Positions 16,595-25,141 of a DNA stretch of 32,000 nucleotides are shown piece by piece. Source of the stretch: Moraxella nasicaprae (lineage in GTDB: Bacteria > Pseudomonadota > Gammaproteobacteria > Pseudomonadales > Moraxellaceae); the NCBI RefSeq assembly GCF_025643275.1, contig NZ_CP089977.1, positions 1,290,001 to 1,322,000 of the forward strand, in the 5' to 3' direction. The notes beneath the pieces are model-generated. The model saw only the letters and a list, made by a program, of their open reading frames with translations. It was not told where the DNA came from and made no database searches. Each line of letters begins with the position of its first letter. Within the stretch, counting starts at the first letter, position 1. The translations under genes and the position numbers were made by a program.

Positions 16595-18094
16595 ATGCAA
16601 ACTGTGGCAACTGGCGTTTGGATTTCTTTGGCAATCTATTTTATTTTGATGATTGCCATCGGTGTCTATGCGTATTTTAAACAAAAAAATGATGTCGAAG
16701 GCTATATGCTTGGCGGTCGTAATCTTGGCCCTGCGGTAACAGCTCTGTCGGCTGGTGCGTCTGATATGTCAGGCTGGCTACTGCTTGGTCTGCCTGGCTA
16801 TATGTATGCCTCTGGGGTGGTCTCTATTTGGATTGCGTTGGGATTAACCATTGGTGCATTTGCCAACTATCTAATCGTTGCTCCTCGTCTGCGAGTGTTC
16901 ACCGAAGTGGCGGATAATGCGATTACCTTGCCTGACTATTTTTCTAATCGCTTTAATGACACTTCACACCTGCTGCGTATCATGTCAGCGGTGGTCATCA
17001 TTGTCTTCTTCACGGTCTATACCGCAGCAAGTCTGGTGGCGGGTGGCAAGCTGTTCGAAAGCTCGCTTGGTCTGTCTTATGATTTGGGCTTGTGGGTAAC
17101 AGCAGGCGTGGTGGTGGCTTATACCTTGTTTGGTGGGTTTTTGGCGGTGTCATTGACCGACTTTGTGCAAGGTGTCATCATGCTGATTGCCATGCTTCTG
17201 GTGCCAATCGTGGCATTTACTGAGATTGGCGGTGTCAGCGAGGGCATGGCAGCAGCTCAGCAGGTAAACAGCGAAGTGTTTAACTGGACCAATGGCGTTA
17301 CCACGATGGGCATCATCTCTTTGATGGCGTGGGGCTTTGGCTATTTTGGACAGCCGCACATCATCGTGCGTTTTATGGCGATTCGTTCGGTCAAAGATGT
17401 GCCAGTAGCAACCGCCATTGGTATGGGCTGGATGATTTTGTCTTTGATTGGAGCGTTGGGCGTAGGCTTGGCTGGGATTGGCTATATCGCCAAAACAGGG
17501 GCAAAACTAGACGACCCTGAAACAATTTTCTTGTTCTTCTCACAAGTGTTATTCCACCCATTGATTTCTGGTTTCTTGTTAGCGGCGATTTTAGCAGCGA
17601 TTATGAGTACCATTTCAAGCCAGCTTTTGGTGGTGTCAAGCTCTCTAACCCGTGATGTTTATAAGCTATTTTTTAATAAAAATGCCACAGAAAGCCAGCA
17701 AGTAACCGTTGGTCGTATCTCAGTGGTGGTGGTTGCCATTGTTGCCATCATCTTGGCTGGCGATAGAAATAGCTCAGTTCTTGAACTGGTGTCACACGCT
17801 TGGGCAGGCTTTGGGGCGGCATTTGGTCCTTTGGTTATCCTAAGTTTGATGTGGAAGCGTATGAATCGTAATGGTGCATTAGCAGGTGCTATCGTAGGTG
17901 CTTTGACCGTCATCATTTGGGTGTACGGTGGATTGACCATCAACGGTCAGCCAGCTAATAGTGTCATCTATTCTATTTTGCCTGGTTTTGCGTTTAGTTT
18001 CATCGCCACCATCGTGGTAAGCTTGATGACTGCTCCACCAAAAGACTTCATCGTGGCACGCTTTGAGGAGATGGAAAAAGGTCTAAAAGGCTGA
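16595..18094 (+). CDS. putP: Sodium/proline symporter PutP (SSS family)
   Basis: About 13 TM segments and typical PutP N-terminal motifs (GYMLGGRNLGPAVTALSAGASDMSGWLLLGLPG). AAGGAG at 16583-16588 precedes the ATG at 16595; the ORF track starts at TTG 16547. Confidence 0.9.
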   Translation: MQTVATGVWISLAIYFILMIAIGVYAYFKQKNDVEGYMLGGRNLGPAVTALSAGASDMSGWLLLGLPGYMYASGVVSIWIALGLTIGAFANYLIVAPRLRVFTEVADNAITLPDYFSNRFNDTSHLLRIMSAVVIIVFFTVYTAASLVAGGKLFESSLGLSYDLGLWVTAGVVVAYTLFGGFLAVSLTDFVQGVIMLIAMLLVPIVAFTEIGGVSEGMAAAQQVNSEVFNWTNGVTTMGIISLMAWGFGYFGQPHIIVRFMAIRSVKDVPVATAIGMGWMILSLIGALGVGLAGIGYIAKTGAKLDDPETIFLFFSQVLFHPLISGFLLAAILAAIMSTISSQLLVVSSSLTRDVYKLFFNKNATESQQVTVGRISVVVVAIVAIILAGDRNSSVLELVSHAWAGFGAAFGPLVILSLMWKRMNRNGALAGAIVGALTVIIWVYGGLTINGQPANSVIYSILPGFAFSFIATIVVSLMTAPPKDFIVARFEEMEKGLKG

Positions 18095-18153
18095 TTGTTT
18101 CACTTGTTTATCAAGGTAAATGATGGTATTGTATGCCGATTAGACCCTGATGT

Positions 18154-18190
18154 AACACCACAAATCATTTGGGTTTGTGGTGTTTTTTTT
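18154..18190 (+). terminator. Rho-independent terminator after putP
   Basis: Stem AACACCACAAA (18154-18164) / TTTGTGGTGTT (18174-18184), with the T-run continuing to 18190. Confidence 0.8.
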
Positions 18191-18204
18191 GATAAGGAAA
18201 TTTT

Positions 18205-20358
18205 ATGAAACGCCGTTCCTTTTTGCAACTTAGTACAGCAAGCCTTGCCTTGACTGCTTGCCATTCTTTGCCGACCGCCTTGCAGATGCCAACTTCTGCC
18301 AAGCCCTTGATGGCTGTTCCAGATGATTTAAAAAATAACCCCCTATTGCAATTTGAAACCTTGCCCAATTATCAGGCGATTAGCCCTGCCCATATTGAGC
18401 CTGCCATCAAATTTGTCATGGAGAGTTCTCGTGCCATCACAGAAGAGCTGATTAAACAAGACAATCCCACTTGGGCAAGTTTTTATCAGCCCTTAGAAGA
18501 GCTGTATGCCTTGCGGTATTATAGTTTTAGCATTGCTTCTGATTTAAATTCGCTTGCCAACACCAAAGAAATCCGCACCGCTTATGATGCTGCCAGAAAG
18601 CACAGAAGCGAATTTAATAATTGGTACAATACCAATGACCAAATTTATCAAGCCTTCAAACGCCTAAAACAAAGTGGCGAATACAGTCGCTACACCGATG
18701 CCCAAAAAAGAGCTTTGGACAAAGAATTATCCGACTTTGAAAGAGCAGGCGTGGGCTTACCTTCTGACAAAAAAGAAAGACTAACACAAATTTCTGACCG
18801 CCTAAGCAAACTTAGAACCCAATTTTCCAACAACACTTTGGATTCTAGCAAATGGTCAATGACCCTAAGCGAGCAAGAAGTCTCTGGCATTCCAGAATCA
18901 GAGCTAAGCCTTGCCAAAGAAGATGCCAAAAAAGACGGCACAGACGGTTACAAATTTACGCTCAATGATGCCACAATCCGCACTGTGCTAGAATATGCTG
19001 ATAATCGAGATTTTCGTGAAAAATTCTACAAAGCCTATGTTACTCGCGCTTCAAAACAAGCCGATGATGGCGGAAAATACGACAACAGTCCTGTGATTGA
19101 AGAGATTTTGGCATTGCAATACGAAAGAGCCAAGCTTTTGGGTTATGACAATTATGCCCAATATGCCCTAGCCGACCGAATGGCAAAAACGCCAAAAGAA
19201 GTGATGGACTTTTATCAAGGACTGCTTGCCAAAACCGCCCCTGTTGCCAAAGCCCAAACCGCCGATTTGATTGCCTATGGCAAACAAAAATTGGGGATTG
19301 ACAACCCACAAGCGTGGGATATGCACTATATTACTAATAAGAAAAAACAAGCCGAATACGACTTTGACCAAGAACTGCTTCGCCCTTATTTTCCAATGGA
19401 TAAGGTGCTGTCTGGGGTGTTTGAAGTCAATCGCCGTTTGTTTGGCATTACGGTCAAAGAACGCTTTGATGTCAAGGGTTGGCATCCATCGGTTCGTTTT
19501 TTTGATATTTTTGATGATAAGGGTCAGCATCTTGGCTCAACCTATGCCGACCTTTATACGCGTGAAGGCAAGCGAAGTGGTGCGTGGAAAAGCAATGTTA
19601 TCTTAAAGCGAAAAACCGCCAACGGCAAAATCATCAAGCCTGTTACAATGCTAGTTGCCAATATCACACCGCCTACAGATGGCGTTGCTCTTTTGACCCA
19701 AAACGATATGATTGCTGTGCTACACGAGTTTGGGCATTGCTTGCACCAGATTATCAGTACGGTGGACATTACCAATATCACAGGCACTGCCATCGCCCGT
19801 GATGCGGTGGAGTTTCCAAGTCAGCTGATGGAATATTGGGCGTGGCACAAAGATTCTATTTCGCTGTTTTCAGGGCATTACAAAACAGGCGAGGCTTTGC
19901 CACAAAGTTTGATTGATAAGGCTGCCGCCGCCAAAGATTATATGATGGCTCGCTACACAATGAACCAGATTGATTATGGTTTGGGCGACATTCGTTTGTA
20001 CAATGAATACAACCCAAATGAAAAGGGCTTTGTAGAACGCATTGTCAAAGAAGTAGCCGATGTTACCACTTCTTTGGTCAAACGCCCAGATTATGACCGT
20101 TCTTTAAATACCTTTAACCACATCTTTACCAGTTCCACTTATGCTGCTGGCTACTATGGCTATGTTTGGAGCGATGTTTTGTCGGCAGATGTCTTTTCGC
20201 ACTTTGAGCAGGTGGGGATTTTTAACCGTGCCGAAGGCAAACGCTATGTAGAAAAATTCTTATCGCTTGGCAATTCCAAAGAAGTGATGGCAATGTATGT
20301 GGACTTTATGGGCAGAAAACCAAAACCTGATGCCTTTATGAAACAAATCCAAAGCTAA
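18205..20358 (+). CDS. M3-family zinc metallopeptidase (Dcp / oligopeptidase A-like) with a Tat-like signal and lipobox
   Basis: HEFGH zinc motif (LHEFGHCLHQ) with a downstream EFPSQ glutamate region. N-terminus is MKRRSFLQLSTASLALTAC. AAGGA RBS is present. Confidence 0.88.
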   Translation: MKRRSFLQLSTASLALTACHSLPTALQMPTSAKPLMAVPDDLKNNPLLQFETLPNYQAISPAHIEPAIKFVMESSRAITEELIKQDNPTWASFYQPLEELYALRYYSFSIASDLNSLANTKEIRTAYDAARKHRSEFNNWYNTNDQIYQAFKRLKQSGEYSRYTDAQKRALDKELSDFERAGVGLPSDKKERLTQISDRLSKLRTQFSNNTLDSSKWSMTLSEQEVSGIPESELSLAKEDAKKDGTDGYKFTLNDATIRTVLEYADNRDFREKFYKAYVTRASKQADDGGKYDNSPVIEEILALQYERAKLLGYDNYAQYALADRMAKTPKEVMDFYQGLLAKTAPVAKAQTADLIAYGKQKLGIDNPQAWDMHYITNKKKQAEYDFDQELLRPYFPMDKVLSGVFEVNRRLFGITVKERFDVKGWHPSVRFFDIFDDKGQHLGSTYADLYTREGKRSGAWKSNVILKRKTANGKIIKPVTMLVANITPPTDGVALLTQNDMIAVLHEFGHCLHQIISTVDITNITGTAIARDAVEFPSQLMEYWAWHKDSISLFSGHYKTGEALPQSLIDKAAAAKDYMMARYTMNQIDYGLGDIRLYNEYNPNEKGFVERIVKEVADVTTSLVKRPDYDRSLNTFNHIFTSSTYAAGYYGYVWSDVLSADVFSHFEQVGIFNRAEGKRYVEKFLSLGNSKEVMAMYVDFMGRKPKPDAFMKQIQS

Positions 20359-20377
20359 TCAGAAAGTCAAGTAATAA

Positions 20378-20415
20378 CAAACACGCCCAAAGTTGATGTT
20401 GGGCGTGTTTTTTTG
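20378..20415. terminator. Bidirectional rho-independent terminator
   Basis: Stem AACACGCCCA (20380-20389) / TGGGCGTGTT (20400-20409) plus a T-run. It lies between convergent genes. Confidence 0.75.
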
Positions 20416-20424
20416 TGCCAAAGA

Positions 20425-22167
20425 TTATTTTTGAATGACAAATTCATCAACTTGATAAACCGTGCGTGCCTCGCCCTTAGACAAATCGCCAGAGACTTGA
20501 TAGACTTTGGCGGTTAAGGTTTTGCCATTGATGGTATAGGTGGCAAAGTTTTGAATGGTATTATCCCTATCATTGCCAATACTTGTGTCAAATTTGTCGG
20601 TGGTTTGTGGTTGAAAACCTTTTTCAAATAGGCTGTTATAATGCTCAAGCTGGCTTTGGGTGAGCCAATCTAGCTTTGGGCGGATTTTGTGAATATGGGC
20701 AAGCGGACGATCAAAAATGGCATCATACGCCTTAGTGCCTGCGGTGTTTGGCACCATAAAAATCGTTCCCTTTGGATTATAAAAAGTCTTGATATTTGCC
20801 CCATTGTAGCTGTATTTGACATCTTCAATCTTGGCATTGACAAAGCTGTCCGCCTTTGGTGCATAGCTTAAAGACTTGGTACGAGAGTAGGTGTGGTCGT
20901 GTCCTTGCAATGCCAAATCTACACCCAGCTCGTCAATGGTTTTCATAAACTCATCTCGTACATTTTGTGTTTCCACATCTTGCAAAGAGTGATAACCCTT
21001 AGAAAATAAGGGACGATGATAAGTAACAATCACCCAATCTACGCCATTCTCCCTTGCTTTTTTGACATCGGCTTTAAACCAATCCATCTGCTCTTTGCCG
21101 ATGGCTTTTTCGTCATCTCGCTTGTAATCATTGGTATTTAAAACAACAAAATGGGCATTATTATGGGTAAACGAATAATAAGAACCACCATCAATCTTGC
21201 CAATACTGTCCACATTAAAATGGTCATTAAATTTATTAAGCATCAATTCATCACGGTTGATGGTAAATTCATCGTGATTGCCAGCCACAGGCACAAGACT
21301 CATTTTTAACAAGCCTTTTTGGGATTGTTTCATCAAATCCACCCATTCATCTTCGGCTTCGGCAAGCTCTACAAAGTCGCCTGTATGTAACACAAAGCTG
21401 GCATTGGGCAGCACCTTTTGGGCTTGAAAGAGCGTATCGGCAGCATAGCGAGCTTCGTTGTTGGTGTGTTCATTATAATAGGCGTTTTGGCTGTCGGTGT
21501 ATTGAATAAAGCCAAAGGCATCTGTTTTACTCCCTGCGGTTTTAAATGTTCCCACAGGGCTAAATTTGCCCTGACGACTGCCCACTTGATAATAATAGGT
21601 GGTGTTTGGCTTTAAATTTTCTGCCAATGCCTTGTAGCTGGTTTCGGGTGTTTTGATGACATCAACGGCAGGTCGTTCGTCTTTGTTTGGTACTTCGTTT
21701 CTTGGAAACCACGGGGCTTTTTTGTTTTCATCATTAAAATAGCCAACCACTTGCCCTGTTTTGCGATGTACTCGTTTAAAGATAAAATAGCCTTTTTGGT
21801 CTCGTTCAATATAATGGCTGCTAACTTTGATGGGCGTGGCTTCTACAATGATGGCGTTTTTCATTGATGGCGAGGTTGAAATTTTGACCACAGGGTTTAC
21901 AAATTCATCGCTGGTAAACCAAGTAAAGGCACGCATTGTGGTAGGGTCGCCCTTGATGGTGGAGGTGATACGGTTTGGTGTGTTGTTCTTTTTGATGGGG
22001 GCAACAACAGGCTTGATGACAAGGTTGTCGGCTTCTGCCTTTTGGGTTTGGTCATTGCGGTGAGCCTTGGCGTGTTCTGGATTGGGGTTGTCAATCACAG
22101 TGTTGGCAAAGGTAAGGCTAGCAGCGGTGCTAAGCAGTATAGCCAGCAAGGTTTTTTGAAATTTCAT
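20425..22167 (-). CDS. Secreted metallophosphoesterase with a purple-acid-phosphatase-type N-terminal domain
   Basis: Sec signal MKFQKTLLAILLSTAASLTFA, a PAP N-domain-like region (TMRAFTWFTSDEF), and metallophosphatase motifs FIQYTDSQ, TGDFVE, AGNHDE, VTYHRP, GHDHTY. Confidence 0.8.
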   Translation of the reverse strand: MKFQKTLLAILLSTAASLTFANTVIDNPNPEHAKAHRNDQTQKAEADNLVIKPVVAPIKKNNTPNRITSTIKGDPTTMRAFTWFTSDEFVNPVVKISTSPSMKNAIIVEATPIKVSSHYIERDQKGYFIFKRVHRKTGQVVGYFNDENKKAPWFPRNEVPNKDERPAVDVIKTPETSYKALAENLKPNTTYYYQVGSRQGKFSPVGTFKTAGSKTDAFGFIQYTDSQNAYYNEHTNNEARYAADTLFQAQKVLPNASFVLHTGDFVELAEAEDEWVDLMKQSQKGLLKMSLVPVAGNHDEFTINRDELMLNKFNDHFNVDSIGKIDGGSYYSFTHNNAHFVVLNTNDYKRDDEKAIGKEQMDWFKADVKKARENGVDWVIVTYHRPLFSKGYHSLQDVETQNVRDEFMKTIDELGVDLALQGHDHTYSRTKSLSYAPKADSFVNAKIEDVKYSYNGANIKTFYNPKGTIFMVPNTAGTKAYDAIFDRPLAHIHKIRPKLDWLTQSQLEHYNSLFEKGFQPQTTDKFDTSIGNDRDNTIQNFATYTINGKTLTAKVYQVSGDLSKGEARTVYQVDEFVIQK

Positions 22168-22327
22168 AAAATATCCTTATGTGATGAAAATGTGAATAAT
22201 TGGCAAATGGCTAAATCAATATGGCAAAAATTATATCACAGTGAGCAAAAAATCAGACATAAAATGACCTAGGTTTTTTAAAATTGAATTAATTTTGATA
22301 AAATTCTGCAAAAATTGTAATAATTTG

Positions 22328-22356
22328 TTGCCAAATACTTTCAGGTTGAATATACT
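22328..22356 (+). promoter_or_regulatory. Sigma70 promoter for the porin gene (TTGCCA-17 nt-TATACT)
   Basis: TTGCCA at 22328-22333, a 17-nt spacer, then TATACT at 22351-22356. This predicts a leader of about 135 nt. Confidence 0.5.
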
Positions 22357-22499
22357 AGCAGTGCAAAGAAAATATTAGTTTGGGATTTAGCCAGATGGAT
22401 AACCATATTTTTGGTTCGCCAGCCAGTCCCTTGTTAATTTGCTCACGGTTCATGCCAGCAGGAGTTGTGGTAGATGCTGGTTTTTATAAGGATTTTTTT

Positions 22500-23591
22500 A
22501 TGAAGTATTCGATGCTTTGCTGTGCCGTTGGCATGGCATTTTTGAGTAATGCAGCAATCGCCAGCCCAAAAATTTCTGGTGAAATTCAGTTGGAAGCGTT
22601 ACAGCAGTCAACTGATGTGGTCAGTAGAAGTCTTAATAGTGGACGAGTAACATACCCAGAGGATTTGTATAAGCGACCAACACTTGAAGGAGCTGGTGAA
22701 ATTAAATTTTCTGCAAGCCAAAAGTTGAATGACGATTTAACAACTCGCTATTCTTTGACATACTTGGTGGGAGTTGCCGATGATGGAAGAACCAATTTCC
22801 GTTCTGGTACGACCTATATCAGTTTGGATCATAAAGATTATGGTCGTCTTCGTTTCGGTCGTATGACAACCCCAGAAGATGAGTTGGTTGATGTGGGTGT
22901 AGCAAAAAGTGGCTGGCTGTATGGGGTTGGTAAGCCTTTTACCAATTCAGGCTTTAAGACCAATAATACCGTCCAATACTATTCCCCTTATTTTATGGAA
23001 AGCAAAGATGGCAGAACTCGTGTCAAATTGCATTATGCAATGGATGAAAATAATAGTTCTGTTACAGGTCTAAGACTGTATAAAGACGATGGCTCTAATG
23101 TTCGTGAAAACAAAAAACGAGATGTGTTTGTTGCTCAGATTTTACATAGCGGTAAAATTGATTGGGGCTTTGCTTATACGCAAGCAGGTAGTGATTTAAA
23201 AGCCATTTCTGGCATGGCACGCTATAATGCTGATGATTGGAGTGCGGCTCTTGCGGTGCGTCAAGCTGATTATGGTACGGGCAAAGATGAAACAGGAGCC
23301 TTTGGTTCGTTAATTTATAGCTTGCAAAGAGATTGGGCGGTTTATGGGCAGGCAGGCTATGTTAAAAATTATGCAGGTCAGGGATTTAATATCAAAGACA
23401 CCGACTATTTGGTTGGAGCTTTGGGCGTTTCCAAAGACTTTCGTTTAGCAAGTGGTCGTGCCACCGTTTATGCTGAAACAGCCCTAGAAAAGATAGACTT
23501 TATCGCACCCAATAGTTCAGAAACCAGACTGTCTAGCGACCGAAAGGAAGAAGTGCTAGGTTTTGCTACGGGTATCGAGTTTAAATTCTAA
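22500..23591 (+). CDS. Outer-membrane general porin (Gram-negative porin family)
   Basis: Signal peptide MKYSMLCCAVGMAFLSNAAIA, alternating beta-strand pattern, porin-like motif YISLDHKDYGRLRFGR, and C-terminal ...GIEFKF ending in Phe. AAGGA precedes the ATG at 22500; the ORF-track start 22380 is an upstream extension. Confidence 0.75.
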   Translation: MKYSMLCCAVGMAFLSNAAIASPKISGEIQLEALQQSTDVVSRSLNSGRVTYPEDLYKRPTLEGAGEIKFSASQKLNDDLTTRYSLTYLVGVADDGRTNFRSGTTYISLDHKDYGRLRFGRMTTPEDELVDVGVAKSGWLYGVGKPFTNSGFKTNNTVQYYSPYFMESKDGRTRVKLHYAMDENNSSVTGLRLYKDDGSNVRENKKRDVFVAQILHSGKIDWGFAYTQAGSDLKAISGMARYNADDWSAALAVRQADYGTGKDETGAFGSLIYSLQRDWAVYGQAGYVKNYAGQGFNIKDTDYLVGALGVSKDFRLASGRATVYAETALEKIDFIAPNSSETRLSSDRKEEVLGFATGIEFKF

Positions 23592-23599
23592 TACTTTTA

Positions 23600-23645
23600 T
23601 ACCACTAAAACTTCTGTCTTTTGGCAGGCTTTTAGTGGTATTTTC
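23600..23645 (+). terminator. Rho-independent terminator after the porin gene
   Basis: An 11-bp stem TACCACTAAAA (23600-23610) / TTTTAGTGGTA (23630-23640) encloses an inner CTGTC/GGCAG helix and is followed by TTTT. Confidence 0.7.
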
Positions 23646-23685
23646 TTAAAAAGAAATCCCCCACAATGGTAATGATGGGGGATTT
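23646..23685 (-). terminator. Rho-independent terminator after prs
   Basis: Stem AAATCCCCC / GGGGGATTT (23654-23662 with 23677-23685), followed on the minus strand by CTTTTT. Confidence 0.65.
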
Positions 23686-23705
23686 TATCATTGGTCAGTA
23701 ATTGG

Positions 23706-24659
23706 TTAGGCCTCGTATTCAAACATGGCACTGATTGATTCTTCATTATTGATGCGGCGAAGGCTTTCAGCAATCATCGCAGCAATGCTGACTTGGCGAA
23801 TGTTGCCACAGGCTTTGGCATCTTCGGTCAATGGAATGGTGTCGGTCACTACCAGCTCATCTAGGGCAGAATTTTTGATGGTTTCGATGGCTTTGCCTGA
23901 TAGGACAGGGTGGGTGATGTAGCCAACCACTCGTCTAGCACCATTGTCTTTTAGAGCTTGGGCGGCCTTGCATAGTGTGCCTGCGGTATCAACGATGTCA
24001 TCCACGATGACACAATCACGACCTGATACATCGCCAATGATGTGCATGACTTGTGATTCGTTGGCACGGGCACGGCGTTTGTCGATGATGGCAAGGTCGG
24101 CATCGCCCAACAGTTTTGCCATAGCACGAGCACGCACCACGCCACCCACATCAGGCGATACCACCATGAGGTTGTCGTAGTTTTGTTGTTTTAGGTCTTT
24201 TAGCAGCACAGGCGTGCCATACAGATTATCCACAGGCACATCAAAGAAACCTTGAATCTGGTCAGAATGCAAATCAACCACCACCACACGGTCAATACCA
24301 GCGATTGACAGCATATCCGCCACCACCTTAGCAGAGATTGGTACACGAGTTGAGCGAGGACGGCGGTCTTGGCGAGCGTAGCCAAAGTATGGAATGACCG
24401 CTGTAATGCGACCAGCACTCGAACGGCGTAGAGCGTCTGCCAATAGGACGATTTCCATCAGATTGTCATTGGTCGGTACGCAGGTCGGTTGAAGAATGAA
24501 GACATCTTTGCCACGCACATTTTCTTTGATTTCGATAGCGATTTCACCATCAGAAAAACGAGAAATGTCAGCATTACCCAAAGGGATATTTAGATGGTCA
24601 GCGACAGTTTGGGCAAGTTTTGGATTGGCACTACCTGAAAAGACAGCCATATATGACAT
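23706..24659 (-). CDS. prs: Ribose-phosphate pyrophosphokinase (PRPP synthetase)
   Basis: Near-colinear with E. coli Prs ([57 protein letters not shown]). Start is uncertain: ATG 24659 has the best spacing to AGGA; the alternatives are ATG 24650 and TTG 24665. Confidence 0.94.
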   Translation of the reverse strand: MSYMAVFSGSANPKLAQTVADHLNIPLGNADISRFSDGEIAIEIKENVRGKDVFILQPTCVPTNDNLMEIVLLADALRRSSAGRITAVIPYFGYARQDRRPRSTRVPISAKVVADMLSIAGIDRVVVVDLHSDQIQGFFDVPVDNLYGTPVLLKDLKQQNYDNLMVVSPDVGGVVRARAMAKLLGDADLAIIDKRRARANESQVMHIIGDVSGRDCVIVDDIVDTAGTLCKAAQALKDNGARRVVGYITHPVLSGKAIETIKNSALDELVVTDTIPLTEDAKACGNIRQVSIAAMIAESLRRINNEESISAMFEYEA

Positions 24660-24813
24660 GAGCAAAATCCTGTAAAAGAAATCAAAAATAGTATAAAAAG
24701 TGCAATCGTTGGCACATGAGCTATTTTATCATCTTTGGCTACAAATTTGCAGTATTTGTGCAAGAATTCACACAGTTTTGGTAAAAAAATATGAAAAATG
24801 GCGGTGCGAGTAC

Positions 24814-24849
24814 AAAAAAATCAAGCCAATCACGAATGACTGGCTTGAT
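24814..24849 (-). terminator. Rho-independent terminator after the tRNA-Gln pair
   Basis: On the minus strand: stem ATCAAGCCA / TGGCTTGAT followed by TTTTTTT (plus-strand A-run 24814-24820). Confidence 0.75.
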
Positions 24850-24856
24850 TTGGATT

Positions 24857-24932
24857 TGGCAGAGGTAGCTGGACTCGAACCAACGAATGTCAGGATCAAA
24901 ACCTGATGCCTTACCAACTTGGCGATACCCCT
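24857..24932 (-). tRNA. tRNA-Gln (anticodon UUG), copy 1
   Basis: Hand-folded cloverleaf. Acceptor stem AGGGGTA/TACCTCT has one G-U pair. Anticodon stem is TCAGG/CCTGA, with loop TTTTGAT giving anticodon TTG. T-arm is GTTGG-TTCGAGT-CCAGC. Discriminator is G, and CCA is encoded. The sequence is close to E. coli tRNA-Gln. Confidence 0.92.
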
Positions 24933-24965
24933 AAGGTGCAATTTTAAAGATTGCGAACTTTAAAT

Positions 24966-25041
24966 TGGCAGAGGTAGCTGGACTCGAACCAACGAATGTC
25001 AGGATCAAAACCTGATGCCTTACCAACTTGGCGATACCCCT
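24966..25041 (-). tRNA. tRNA-Gln (anticodon UUG), copy 2, identical to copy 1
   Basis: The 76-nt sequence is identical to copy 1. A 33-nt spacer separates the copies. Confidence 0.92.
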
Positions 25042-25054
25042 GTATAGGTCGCAC

Positions 25055-25082
25055 ATTATACCGATATTTTGCAAAATTGCAA
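25055..25082 (-). promoter_or_regulatory. Sigma70 promoter for the tRNA-Gln pair (TTGCAA-16 nt-TATAAT, GC-rich discriminator)
   Basis: On the minus strand: TTGCAA (plus 25077-25082), a 16-nt spacer, TATAAT (plus 25055-25060), then GTGCGAC. The mature tRNA 5' end lies 13 nt after the -10 element. Confidence 0.55.
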
Positions 25083-25141
25083 GTATCTTGTTTCAGATTA
25101 TCGAAATAAATTTTATAAGTTATTGATTATCAATGATTTAT

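Noticed and set aside
22179-22195. Direct repeat ATGTGA-n5-ATGTGA (11-bp period) just upstream of the secreted phosphoesterase gene, considered as a Pho box.
   Set aside because: On the coding strand it reads TTCACAT-TTTC-ATCACAT and matches CTGTCAT only weakly (about 4/7 per half-site). It also lies immediately next to the RBS (12-30 nt from the ATG), too close to replace a -35 element.
16196-23705. Classical genomic island or mobile element as the origin of the putP-peptidase-phosphoesterase-porin block near the tRNA-Gln genes.
   Set aside because: No integrase, transposase, phage gene, inverted terminal repeat or duplicated tRNA 3' fragment is visible. The prs gene lies between the tRNAs and the block, and composition is only mildly different from the flanks.
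24700-24906. A 68-aa plus-strand ORF runs across the prs upstream region into tRNA-Gln copy 1.
   Set aside because: It overlaps the tRNA gene and its terminator on the opposite strand. It has no RBS and no recognisable protein features.
25122-25134. Palindrome ATTGAT-T-ATCAAT downstream of ispE and upstream of the tRNA-Gln promoter, considered as a second Fur box.
   Set aside because: Only the TGATTATCA core is shared with the 16404-16422 site and the flanks do not match the Fur consensus. A short AT-rich palindrome of this size is plausible by chance or as a UP/FIS-type element.
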